Virus record (IMG/VR): IMGVR_UViG_3300021256_000006
Coordinates: 32,001 to 96,000 of that record
Reading direction: 5' to 3' (one strand)
Source of the DNA: a virus
Length of the DNA: 64,000 nt
Shown here: one piece after another, positions 53,831-61,244 of the stretch
How the letters are laid out: each line of letters starts with the position of its first letter
How positions within the stretch are numbered: position 1 is the stretch's first letter
The notes under the pieces: model-generated
Told to the model about the DNA's origin: nothing
The model's input: the letters and a program-made list of their open reading frames with translations, nothing else
Databases searched by the model: none
Made by a program: the position numbers and the translations under genes

Positions 53831-54199
53831 ATGATACAGTGGGAGGATATTGCTATGCTGGTGTTTGCCTGTGTGTCAGCAAACCACCTCGGGCTGATCG
53901 AGGCAATGGAACGTGCTATACGGCACCGCATCCCCATTGCCAACTGCCCTAAGTGCTTCACATTTTGGAGCGTGCTGTTCACTACCTACTTGACAGGCTG
54001 GAATATGATAGCAGCATTGGCAATATCTTTCCTCTGTGCATACCTTGCCATTTGGCTTGAACTATTGATGGCTTTCATTGACTTAATTTTTCAGAAACTC
54101 TATGAAACGATTTATCCCAACACTGGCACCGACGAGACTGCCACAGACAGCAACAATGATTTTCCCGACCGCACCATGCCCAACATGCCAAAAAACTAA
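53831..54199 (+). CDS. Multi-pass membrane protein (122 aa)
   Basis: Hydrophobic segments IAMLVFACVSANHLGL, FWSVLFTTYLTGW, IAALAISFLCAYLAIWLELLMAF. Confidence 0.5.
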   Translation: MIQWEDIAMLVFACVSANHLGLIEAMERAIRHRIPIANCPKCFTFWSVLFTTYLTGWNMIAALAISFLCAYLAIWLELLMAFIDLIFQKLYETIYPNTGTDETATDSNNDFPDRTMPNMPKN

Positions 54200-54327
54200 A
54201 GGAAGAATGAGAAATGCAACAAAGAAGTGAGGATGGACTACCGCCCACAAACCGAGGAGAAACCTACAAAACAGCAAGGTAATTGCTGTCAAGAAACTGC
54301 ACCACCCTTCTGCCCCACCCCTGCGTC

Positions 54328-54344
54328 CAGCGGTTTTCCCGCTG
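54328..54344 (+). repeat. GC hairpin family copy
   Basis: cctgcgtc CAGCGG-TTTTC-CCGCTG. Confidence 0.85.
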
Positions 54345-54410
54345 GCCCTCTCTCCTCCCTCTCTCCTCCCTCTCGTCTTCGTTTTCGTTTTCGTTTCTTC
54401 CCCCTGCGCT

Positions 54411-54427
54411 CAACGGTTTACCCGTTG
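54411..54427 (+). repeat. GC hairpin family copy (compensated variant)
   Basis: cctgcgct CAACGG-TTTAC-CCGTTG. Confidence 0.85.
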
Positions 54428-54546
54428 ACCCAACTCCCAATCACCGCATCCTCACACCTTCGCATTATCACATCTTCACATTTTAGTATTTCTACATTCT
54501 TACATCATTATATTATCAATCTTTCAAATTATCAAATTATTAAATT

Positions 54547-55053
54547 ATGAAAACTCCTGAACAAATGAAAGAGCAGTTTGACGAACTGTACAACCTCATG
54601 TCGAACAGCAACAATGTTGCTTTCATGCGCACGTTTGGTCATGTGCACAAGGAAATGATGAACTGGTTCATCGCTAACAAGCCCGAGGCGGCAGAGGAAT
54701 GGTTGTGCAAACTGGAGAGCATCAAGTGGCATAACTATCTCACGCAGAAGGAAGCGGACAAGATTGTCGCAGGAATGACCCCTAAAGCGCCATGGAGCCG
54801 AGACGCATGGAAACAGGCCATGGACGGACTTGGCATCTCAACGGAAGAGGCACCATACTATAACTCTTGTGCGCTCTATACAGAGATGAACAAGATGTAT
54901 AGCGACCATGCCGAAACCTTGGCTAAGTTGATGGGCAAGACCATTGCTGAAATTCCAGCCGAGACAATGGTCAAGGCCATGTACGGCTTTGCCATTGACA
55001 ACTTGAAGGACAAGGACCACGTGTACAACATCCGCTCCTACTTCAAACTCTAA
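54547..55053 (+). CDS. Hypothetical protein (168 aa)
   Basis: ORF track; no family recognised. Confidence 0.5.
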   Translation: MKTPEQMKEQFDELYNLMSNSNNVAFMRTFGHVHKEMMNWFIANKPEAAEEWLCKLESIKWHNYLTQKEADKIVAGMTPKAPWSRDAWKQAMDGLGISTEEAPYYNSCALYTEMNKMYSDHAETLAKLMGKTIAEIPAETMVKAMYGFAIDNLKDKDHVYNIRSYFKL

Positions 55054-55075
55054 CCACACATCTCCTACTTGCGTA

Positions 55076-55092
55076 TGACGGTTTACCCGTCA
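55076..55092 (+). repeat. GC hairpin family copy (compensated variant)
   Basis: cttgcgta TGACGG-TTTAC-CCGTCA. Confidence 0.8.
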
Positions 55093-55159
55093 CCCCAGCA
55101 CCCACACACTTGCCGTGTAATTCGGGCACCGACTGAGCATGCCAGCCGGTGCCCTTCCA

Positions 55160-55440
55160 TTATCAAATGATTACATCATCGCATCGTCACATCATCGCAT
55201 TTCCGCATTTCCCCGTTTCCGCATCTTCACATTTCCACATTTTCCCATCTTCCCCCCCCACCCTTTTTTTTATCTCCGTTTTCGCCTTCTCCCTGCGTCC
55301 AGCGGTTTTCCCGCTGGCTCTCCCTCCTCCACCTCCCCGTCTCCCCCTCCTTCGTCTTCGTCCCCTCATCCCTCATCCCTCATCCCTCATACATCTTCCC
55401 TCTTCCCCCCCCCCTCCTCTCTCCCCATCTTCACATTTTC
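55160..55440 (+). repeat. Composite polypyrimidine module (CGCATTTC/CACATTTC ~8-mers, hairpin, CCCTCAT heptamers)
   Basis: ~8-mer repeats 55170-55250; hairpin 55300-55316; CCCTCAT units 55363-55390, sharing ~35 nt with 27203-27235. Confidence 0.8.
55300..55316 (+). repeat. GC hairpin family copy
   Basis: cctgcgtc CAGCGG-TTTTC-CCGCTG. Confidence 0.85.
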
Positions 55441-55445
55441 AAATG

Positions 55446-55459
55446 ATGTTATATAACAT
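55446..55459. promoter_or_regulatory. Perfect 14-bp palindrome ATGTTATATAACAT (candidate operator)
   Basis: Self-complementary; 48 nt upstream of the parA -7 box; paralogous to 15044-15057. Confidence 0.45.
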
Positions 55460-55493
55460 ATAAAAATGTAATCACATTTTCACATTTTCACAC

Positions 55494-55501
55494 TAACTTT
55501 G
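55494..55501 (+). promoter_or_regulatory. -7 promoter box TAACTTTG (parA promoter)
   Basis: Exact TAnnTTTG, 74 nt upstream of ATG 55575; preceded by CACATTTT x2 (55473-55488). Confidence 0.5.
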
Positions 55502-55574
55502 CACCCAGTGAGAAAAATACTGCTGCATCGCATAGCAGCCATTCATCAATAATCATTATAAACAACATCAAATT

Positions 55575-56336
55575 ATGGCAAAAACTATCGCAATCCTCAA
55601 CTTCAAGGGTGGGGTAGGGAAGACGACCACAGCCATCAACCTGGCCGCAGCCCTGCATAACCACAAAAAGAAAGTCCTTGTAATCGACATTGACTTCCAG
55701 TGTAACGCATCTTCCACATTAGGGTACAGACCCAAGGACGGAGACAGCATCTACGAGTTGTTTACGGTCAAAGACATCAAGTCTCTTCCTCTCTATGAAC
55801 GGGAAAAAGGTTTTGACTTTATCCCTTCGTCCATGAACATGAAGAACTTCAATGAAATCATGTCTTCACGGAACCGACGTGAGTACATCCTAAAGAAGCT
55901 CGTCGATATGGTGCGTGACAATTATGATTTCATCTTTATTGATTGCCCGCCTAACGGTGGCCTCTTGAATACAAATGCAATGTGTGCAGCGGACTCTATC
56001 ATCATCCCTCTTGATTGTGAGCCGTATTCCCTGCAGGGAGTTATCACCATCTTGGATGAAATCAAATCCATACAGGAGGATGAGGTGAATCCTGACATCA
56101 ATATCCTTGGTTTTCTCCTTACTCGCTACGACTCTGTGCTGTCTATCCATAAGGAAGCAGCCAGCATGATGCGTGACCGCTATCCCGGGAAAGTCTTTAA
56201 CGCAAAGATACGAAAGAACACAGCGCTCTCCAAAGCATCAGCACAGGGAAAGACCATCTTCGAGTATGCACCTGACTCTGCCGGAGCCGCCGATTACGAC
56301 CAACTGGCCCGCGAAATCCTCAAAGCAAAGAAATAA
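55575..56336 (+). CDS. parA: ParA/Soj-family partition ATPase
   Basis: Deviant Walker A LNFKGGVGKTTTAINLA; IFIDCPP; 253 aa. Confidence 0.9.
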   Translation: MAKTIAILNFKGGVGKTTTAINLAAALHNHKKKVLVIDIDFQCNASSTLGYRPKDGDSIYELFTVKDIKSLPLYEREKGFDFIPSSMNMKNFNEIMSSRNRREYILKKLVDMVRDNYDFIFIDCPPNGGLLNTNAMCAADSIIIPLDCEPYSLQGVITILDEIKSIQEDEVNPDINILGFLLTRYDSVLSIHKEAASMMRDRYPGKVFNAKIRKNTALSKASAQGKTIFEYAPDSAGAADYDQLAREILKAKK

Positions 56337-56354
56337 CATCTTTCACCAAGCGTC

Positions 56355-56370
56355 CATCGGTTCCCCGATG
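56355..56370 (+). repeat. GC hairpin family copy (compensated variant) between parA and its partner
   Basis: aagcgtc CATCGG-TTCC-CCGATG. Confidence 0.75.
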
Positions 56371-56391
56371 GGACAAATAAAAATACTAATT

Positions 56392-56718
56392 ATGGCAACA
56401 AAGAAAAAACAAGTCCTGACTACAGGATTCCTCGTAGAAACAGAGGAAGATAAATATACGGAAAGAAACAAACAGAAGAAACTTGAAGCACAGAAGGGTG
56501 GGGGAGTGAACAGCCCAAAAGGGAAGGGCTCCCGATGGAGAGAAACACAACGCCCTCATGCCAAGTCTATCCATTTTGACGAGGCGCTGCATCAAAAAAT
56601 AAACTTACTGAAGCACCTCACCAACAAGCCTGTCGAGGATATTATCTACGACATCATCCACGAATGGTTTGACACCAACTTTGAAAATAAGAAAAAGGAA
56701 CTGCTCGGTCAACTATGA
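56392..56718 (+). CDS. Small basic protein with a C-terminal ribbon-helix-helix-like domain (ParG-type centromere-binding candidate)
   Basis: ORF 56173 trimmed to ATG 56392 (AATTATGGCAACA); KSIHFDEALHQKINLLKHLTNKPVEDIIYDIIHEWF; position after parA. Confidence 0.45.
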   Translation: MATKKKQVLTTGFLVETEEDKYTERNKQKKLEAQKGGGVNSPKGKGSRWRETQRPHAKSIHFDEALHQKINLLKHLTNKPVEDIIYDIIHEWFDTNFENKKKELLGQL

Positions 56719-56726
56719 CCGGGCAG
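56701..56726 (+). terminator. Hairpin spanning the stop codon of the par operon
   Basis: CTGCTCGGTC-aactat-GACCGGGCAG (10 bp with one G-U pair). Confidence 0.35.
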
Positions 56727-56736
56727 TTCCCATACT

Positions 56737-56835
56737 AACACATTTCCACATTTTCACATTTTTACACTTTCCCATTTCCGTATCTCCCCATCCCCCCGTT
56801 TTCGTCTTCGTTTTCGTTTTCGTTTTCGTTCTCTC
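56737..56835 (+). repeat. CACATTTY ~8-mers followed by six CGTYTT hexamers
   Basis: cacatttccacattttcacattttt (56740-56765) and hexamers 56797-56832. Confidence 0.8.
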
Positions 56836-56844
56836 ACCCGCGCC

Positions 56845-56861
56845 CAACGGTTTACCCGTTG
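56845..56861 (+). repeat. GC hairpin family copy (compensated variant)
   Basis: cccgcgcc CAACGG-TTTAC-CCGTTG. Confidence 0.85.
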
Positions 56862-57097
56862 CCTGTATCCTCCCAAAAACTGCTCATTAAGTCCCATTTG
56901 CATTCCTTTTTCCATCTTGTGCCATTCAGTCCACAACGATTTCTGCGGGCCAAATAGCAGTCTTGTTGTAAGCAAGGATAGCCATCCTTGACCACGCTCT
57001 TTGTCTCTTCCATTTTTTCTGCAATCATCCTATCAAGTTTGTTTATTGCGTTATAAAAAATAATATTGTTCACCTTCTCTTATATTCGTTTTCGTTA

Positions 57098-57475
57098 TCA
57101 CACCTTTTCCGTGATTAAGGTCCTGCGCTCCACAAAGTAGCACTCCACACTCATGAGCTTGCCTTTCTTGTTTCGCTGATGGTTTCGGTACCGTATCTCC
57201 GTTCCGTCAAGAAAGAGTTGCATATGCCTCTTGTCCTGTGTGATGAATTTCCAAAAGGTGTCAAGATATATCCAGTCTTCGCCCTTGGGCTTATCTCCCT
57301 CTATCAGCTGTCTCGTCACCTCTTGCACAGCTTGAATGGCACCTAAATAGTAGGCGCCATAATAAGTAACCATCTGCGCATTCAGTGGCAGGTCATGGCT
57401 CGTCGCAAAACGTCTTGCCTGGATGTCACGAGCCATCTCAATAATTCTATTCTCTTCTTCTGTTGTCATTGTCAA
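57098..57475 (-). CDS. Hypothetical protein (125 aa)
   Basis: ORF track; no family recognised. Confidence 0.5.
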   Translation of the reverse strand: MTMTTEEENRIIEMARDIQARRFATSHDLPLNAQMVTYYGAYYLGAIQAVQEVTRQLIEGDKPKGEDWIYLDTFWKFITQDKRHMQLFLDGTEIRYRNHQRNKKGKLMSVECYFVERRTLITEKV

Positions 57476-57478
57476 TTG

Positions 57479-57510
57479 TCAACGTTTGTAGCAGCGAGAG
57501 CAGTGTCAAG
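57479..57510 (+). repeat. 32-nt direct repeat, copy 1
   Basis: tcaacgtttgtagcagcgagagcagTgtcaag. Confidence 0.85.
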
Positions 57511-57559
57511 TTTACTTGAACTATGCCGAGTCGCGCCCAAACCTCAGCGAAGCTAATTC

Positions 57560-57591
57560 TCAACGTTTGTAGCAGCGAGAGCAGAGTCAAG
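57560..57591 (+). repeat. 32-nt direct repeat, copy 2 (31/32 identical)
   Basis: tcaacgtttgtagcagcgagagcagAgtcaag; 49-nt unique spacer between the copies. Confidence 0.85.
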
Positions 57592-57660
57592 CCAACTGTC
57601 AATTGTCAACTGTCAACTGTCAATTGAATAATTCCTCATTCCTCATTCCTAATTCCTAAT
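57592..57660 (+). repeat. TCAAYTG heptamers then TTCCTMA heptamers
   Basis: ccaactgtcaattgtcaactgtcaactgtcaattg ... ttcctcattcctcattcctaattcctaa. Confidence 0.85.
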
Positions 57661-57663
57661 TAA

Positions 57664-58515
57664 CTAAAAATGATTAAAACTTAATGCCAAAATATTTCTC
57701 CAGGAACTCCCGATAATGGGGGGGGTAAATTGTGTAACCGTCTTGTGGTCATTCCAGTAGTTCTGCCTTTCAAAGAAGACTTCACGGGTGAACCACTCAT
57801 ACACATCAGCGTACTTCTGCACCGTGGCATTATTAGGATGTGCGTCTATAAACTTCTGCGCTGCACGGCAGTACGCCTTCACCATGTTAGGGTATTTTTT
57901 GAAGTACTCAATGCGCTTTTTGTAATAAGCCAGCGGACAGCACATGCAGCCTAAGCGACGCTTGGCGTCGATGGTTCCGTCCTCTCGATAATAGAGAGGA
58001 TGAATCTTGATGTGCCGTGCCTCTATAAAGTCCACAACATCCTCGTCCGTCCAGTCAAGAATAGGGTAGAATACTTCTGCACTTGTCTCCTTGCGACCTT
58101 TACCATAAATGCGACACTCTGTTGGCTCTTCGTAATTCTTTGCACGGGAAGTGCTCTCGGATTTGCGGATGCCTTGAATGCTCCGGTCAAGCACCTTGTA
58201 CTCCTTCAGCACCCTACAGCATGACCGCTGAAACCGATTCGGGAAACCGTTGTTAGCAAGATACTGAAAGAACGTGTATTGGGGTTGAATAACCTCGGCC
58301 CCATTCTCCTTGGCGTGCTTGATTGTCCCGGGTGGGTCAATCGTTGTATTCTTATAGATGGCACGATACTTAATGCCCGCCATCTTTGTCAGTTCAAGAA
58401 TAATGTCGCTATCCTTCCCGCCTGAATAGGCTACTTCTACAACTTCTCCATCCGAACCGGCCGACCGTATTAACCGTATCGCCCTTTCCACTTTCTTCTG
58501 TAATTCTTCTGTCAT
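57664..58515 (-). CDS. PAPS reductase / DndC-like ATP-PPase superfamily protein
   Basis: 283 aa; PP-loop VAYSGGKDSD near the N-terminus; C-terminal Cys cluster RRLGCMCCP. Confidence 0.75.
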   Translation of the reverse strand: MTEELQKKVERAIRLIRSAGSDGEVVEVAYSGGKDSDIILELTKMAGIKYRAIYKNTTIDPPGTIKHAKENGAEVIQPQYTFFQYLANNGFPNRFQRSCCRVLKEYKVLDRSIQGIRKSESTSRAKNYEEPTECRIYGKGRKETSAEVFYPILDWTDEDVVDFIEARHIKIHPLYYREDGTIDAKRRLGCMCCPLAYYKKRIEYFKKYPNMVKAYCRAAQKFIDAHPNNATVQKYADVYEWFTREVFFERQNYWNDHKTVTQFTPPIIGSSWRNILALSFNHF

Positions 58516-58609
58516 AGTTTCTTATTCGTATCAATTCGTTAAATCCGTGGGCCAATATTTGTTTTATACCTCCCACGAATCAAACAAATTTTGATTTATT
58601 TTTCTTTCG

Positions 58610-59191
58610 TCAGTCCTCCTGCTTACTTTCTTCCTTATCCGGCCACCAAAACAACGCTGCATGCTCAGCCCTGCTGATCATCCACGGAGCGATACCTTTG
58701 ACAACCTCATCGTAGTATGCCCACGCCACTGGTAACTGCTTGCGCCCATCGCTATCGTGAAATTCACACGAGGCAGGCTGCACGCTGGCTGAGAAGAACT
58801 GCACGGGTTTAAACACGTACTGACCTTCTTTCAGGTCTTTTCTCGTAAATGCCATCAGTACACGTCGCTTTCCAGGACTCTCCGTTGCAGGCTGCCATGT
58901 GAATGCGGTTGGCTTCAAGTCGGGATATTTATTCTCTACCATTGTATAGGGCAACTCCAGTCCGTGCTTCTTATCCCACGTTCTCAGTCGAGGACATGAC
59001 ACGTCTGAGGTGCAGCCATACAATACGCCACCGTCAACGTAGCACTTATATCCTTTCTCGCATAACGTGCCCAACTTATTGTACTTGCACTTCTCTCGGA
59101 ACTTGATGCGCTCCTTGGGCTCCAATATCCATCTGTGTCCGTACTGGTTCTTCTTCAGAACCTTGAACTCTATTTGTTTCTTTTCTGCCAT
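58610..59191 (-). CDS. Hypothetical protein (193 aa)
   Basis: ORF track; Cys-rich N-terminal half; no family recognised. Confidence 0.5.
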   Translation of the reverse strand: MAEKKQIEFKVLKKNQYGHRWILEPKERIKFREKCKYNKLGTLCEKGYKCYVDGGVLYGCTSDVSCPRLRTWDKKHGLELPYTMVENKYPDLKPTAFTWQPATESPGKRRVLMAFTRKDLKEGQYVFKPVQFFSASVQPASCEFHDSDGRKQLPVAWAYYDEVVKGIAPWMISRAEHAALFWWPDKEESKQED

Positions 59192-59264
59192 AATTTCTAA
59201 TTCTCAATTGTCAACTGTCAATTAACTAAGATTCTCTAATTCTTGCTAATTCTTGATAAATTTG

Positions 59265-59867
59265 CTACCGCTTGAAAAGCGATGGCTCTGCCTGATATTC
59301 GGCCAATTTCTTTTTGAGGTTCCATACACGCATTCCGAGCAATCGCAACAGCTTCAGCTCTTCGTCGGTGTTCAGCTTGTAGTCGTGCATCAGTTGTGCC
59401 GGTACATTAAGACTACATGAGCCGATGTGGGTGTATCTTGCTCTCGATTCTTCTGAGTCGGCATAGATAATGAGTCCGCAGCGGTTCGGGTTGTGTTCCG
59501 TGTACCCCGTCACCTCCGACCGCTCGTAGTAGATGAAGCCAGGTTTGCACTTGTAGGCGCCTTCGTAGAGCCAATGGAACACGCGCTCGCCGATGCTCAG
59601 CGGCACGGCATAGTAGAAGCGCGACAGCTTGGGGTCGTCGTGCGTGTGGCTCTTCTTGAAGTCGGCCATAAAGTCTGACCATGTGCGCTTGATTTCTATC
59701 TCCACGAGCCGCTTGGTCTTATTCAGCACCAGAAGGTCGGCTTCGTGGTTCAGGAATCCCCAGTTGCAGTTGGGAACCACGATGTTCTGCCGGATATAGT
59801 ACGGCGCATCGGGATAGCCCGTGATGATTGTCTCTATCTGCTCTATCGTGAGGGTTGTTTCCTTCAT
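59265..59867 (-). CDS. PD-(D/E)xK-type nuclease fold candidate (MmcB-like)
   Basis: HEADLLVLNKTKRLVEIEIKRTWSDF fits a D...E-x-K motif; assignment from memory, weak. Confidence 0.4.
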   Translation of the reverse strand: MKETTLTIEQIETIITGYPDAPYYIRQNIVVPNCNWGFLNHEADLLVLNKTKRLVEIEIKRTWSDFMADFKKSHTHDDPKLSRFYYAVPLSIGERVFHWLYEGAYKCKPGFIYYERSEVTGYTEHNPNRCGLIIYADSEESRARYTHIGSCSLNVPAQLMHDYKLNTDEELKLLRLLGMRVWNLKKKLAEYQAEPSLFKR

Positions 59868-60061
59868 AGTTCCTTCTCTACCGTGATACTTATTGTTCCG
59901 TTGTTTGGTAAGCGGTCAATCTCGTTGGTTAGCATTGTGACAAACGTTCCGATTGATTCGCCAAAGCCTGTTGCAAGCTCGTTGGCGCACGTCCTGTCAT
60001 GCTTATGCAATGATACGATGTGCGAAGACTTGTCGAAATAAAATGTTACCGTCTTCTTCAT
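59864..60061 (-). CDS. Hypothetical protein (65 aa)
   Basis: ORF track; ATGA-type overlap with the downstream gene. Confidence 0.4.
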   Translation of the reverse strand: MKKTVTFYFDKSSHIVSLHKHDRTCANELATGFGESIGTFVTMLTNEIDRLPNNGTISITVEKEL

Positions 60062-60145
60062 AATTCCTAATTCTCCAATTCTCTAATTCTTGATAGACTT
60101 CTCTCTCATAGTTCCTTCTAATTATCAATTGTCAATTATCAACTG

Positions 60146-60505
60146 TCAATTATCCAAGTACTTGTTCATTGCCACCGTCTGCCCTTTCGATTCTTCGGGG
60201 TTTTCATCGTAAATCTCATATCCGTGTCGCTGATACCAGGGAATGAGGAACGTCCCCCTTCTCGCACCCAGCGCAACTTGTTTCAGTCCTAACTTCTTTG
60301 CCTTTTCCTCGGCAAACATCAGCATGACGTTGCCGCGCCCCTGCTGTCGTACCGATTCATGCACAAGCAATGACTGTATAGTACCGCAGTCGTTGCGCTC
60401 TTCATTATCTTCGATGACAAGTTCTATCATGCTCTTGCCATCGTCGGCTATCATGGTGTAACTCTTACCCCACCACCATTCGTTTTCGTGAGTTATTATC
60501 TTCAT
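60146..60505 (-). CDS. GNAT-family N-acetyltransferase
   Basis: LLVHESVRQQGRGNVMLMFAEEKAKKLG (acetyl-CoA binding Q/RxxGxG/A) ... WYQRHGYE. Confidence 0.7.
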   Translation of the reverse strand: MKIITHENEWWWGKSYTMIADDGKSMIELVIEDNEERNDCGTIQSLLVHESVRQQGRGNVMLMFAEEKAKKLGLKQVALGARRGTFLIPWYQRHGYEIYDENPEESKGQTVAMNKYLDN

Positions 60506-60768
60506 GACGGTCTTTCTTCAATATATACGTTAGTGAAGACAAACGTGATGCTGCCAATACGACATTGCCCGTCTATGATACTCACACCATCGAAGAACTT
60601 GCTCAGCTTGTCTACAATCTCATGTCGTTCATACTTTCGTTTGTCGAGCATAAATGTTGCCGTGTCGTTCTCATTCTCGGTCAACATCGAAGCGTTATCC
60701 GCTTCTCCCGTGTTCGTTTCAAACATGCCCTTGATTGCATCAATGGCTTCTCTCCTTGTAATTCTCAT
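60502..60768 (-). CDS. Hypothetical protein (88 aa)
   Basis: ORF track; AAGGAACTATG start module. Confidence 0.45.
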   Translation of the reverse strand: MRITRREAIDAIKGMFETNTGEADNASMLTENENDTATFMLDKRKYERHEIVDKLSKFFDGVSIIDGQCRIGSITFVFTNVYIEERPS

Positions 60769-60810
60769 AGTTCCTTGTAATTTGATTCTCCAATTCTCAA
60801 TAAGTTATTC

Positions 60811-60975
60811 CTAAGCATACCACTTGTCAATCTTTTCCCATTCAGCCACCACGTCTTGATAGCCAAGCTCGGTAAGCAAATCTGTGAGTACGCCGTCTGC
60901 ATCTACATGTGCTGCTTCAATATCAAAGTTTGACTGACATTGGCGCAACTTTATAATAGCTTCTTCTCTTGTCAT
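60811..60975 (-). CDS. Small hypothetical protein (54 aa)
   Basis: Not in the ORF track; AAGGAACTATG start module at 60975; open to TAG at 60811. Confidence 0.35.
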   Translation of the reverse strand: MTREEAIIKLRQCQSNFDIEAAHVDADGVLTDLLTELGYQDVVAEWEKIDKWYA

Positions 60976-61055
60976 AGTTCCTTAATTTATTCAATTCTCA
61001 ATTGTAAATTCCCAATTGTCAATTAACTAAGATTCTCCAATTCTTGATAGATTTT

Positions 61056-61244
61056 CTACCGCTGCATCTGGTCGATAGCCTCCTTTATTTCGTCCTTGTT
61101 GGCATCACGATATTCAAACATGTGTGCCATCAGTTCCATGAACTCAACACGATTGAGGAACACAAGCAACTGCATGTTGTCGGTGACGATGTTCAAAGCG
61201 ATGCGGTCTTTGTGTATCTTTGTGATTGATGATGTTGCTCTCAT
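61056..61244 (-). CDS. Hypothetical protein (62 aa)
   Basis: ORF track; AAAGAACTATG start module. Confidence 0.4.
   Translation of the reverse strand: MRATSSITKIHKDRIALNIVTDNMQLLVFLNRVEFMELMAHMFEYRDANKDEIKEAIDQMQR

Larger units (their letters stand above)
54290..54546 (+). repeat. Composite intergenic module (hairpin, CT tract, CGTYTT hexamers, hairpin, CACATYT-type repeats, AT-rich leader)
   Basis: Hairpins 54328-54344 and 54411-54427; hexamers 54374-54397. Confidence 0.8.
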
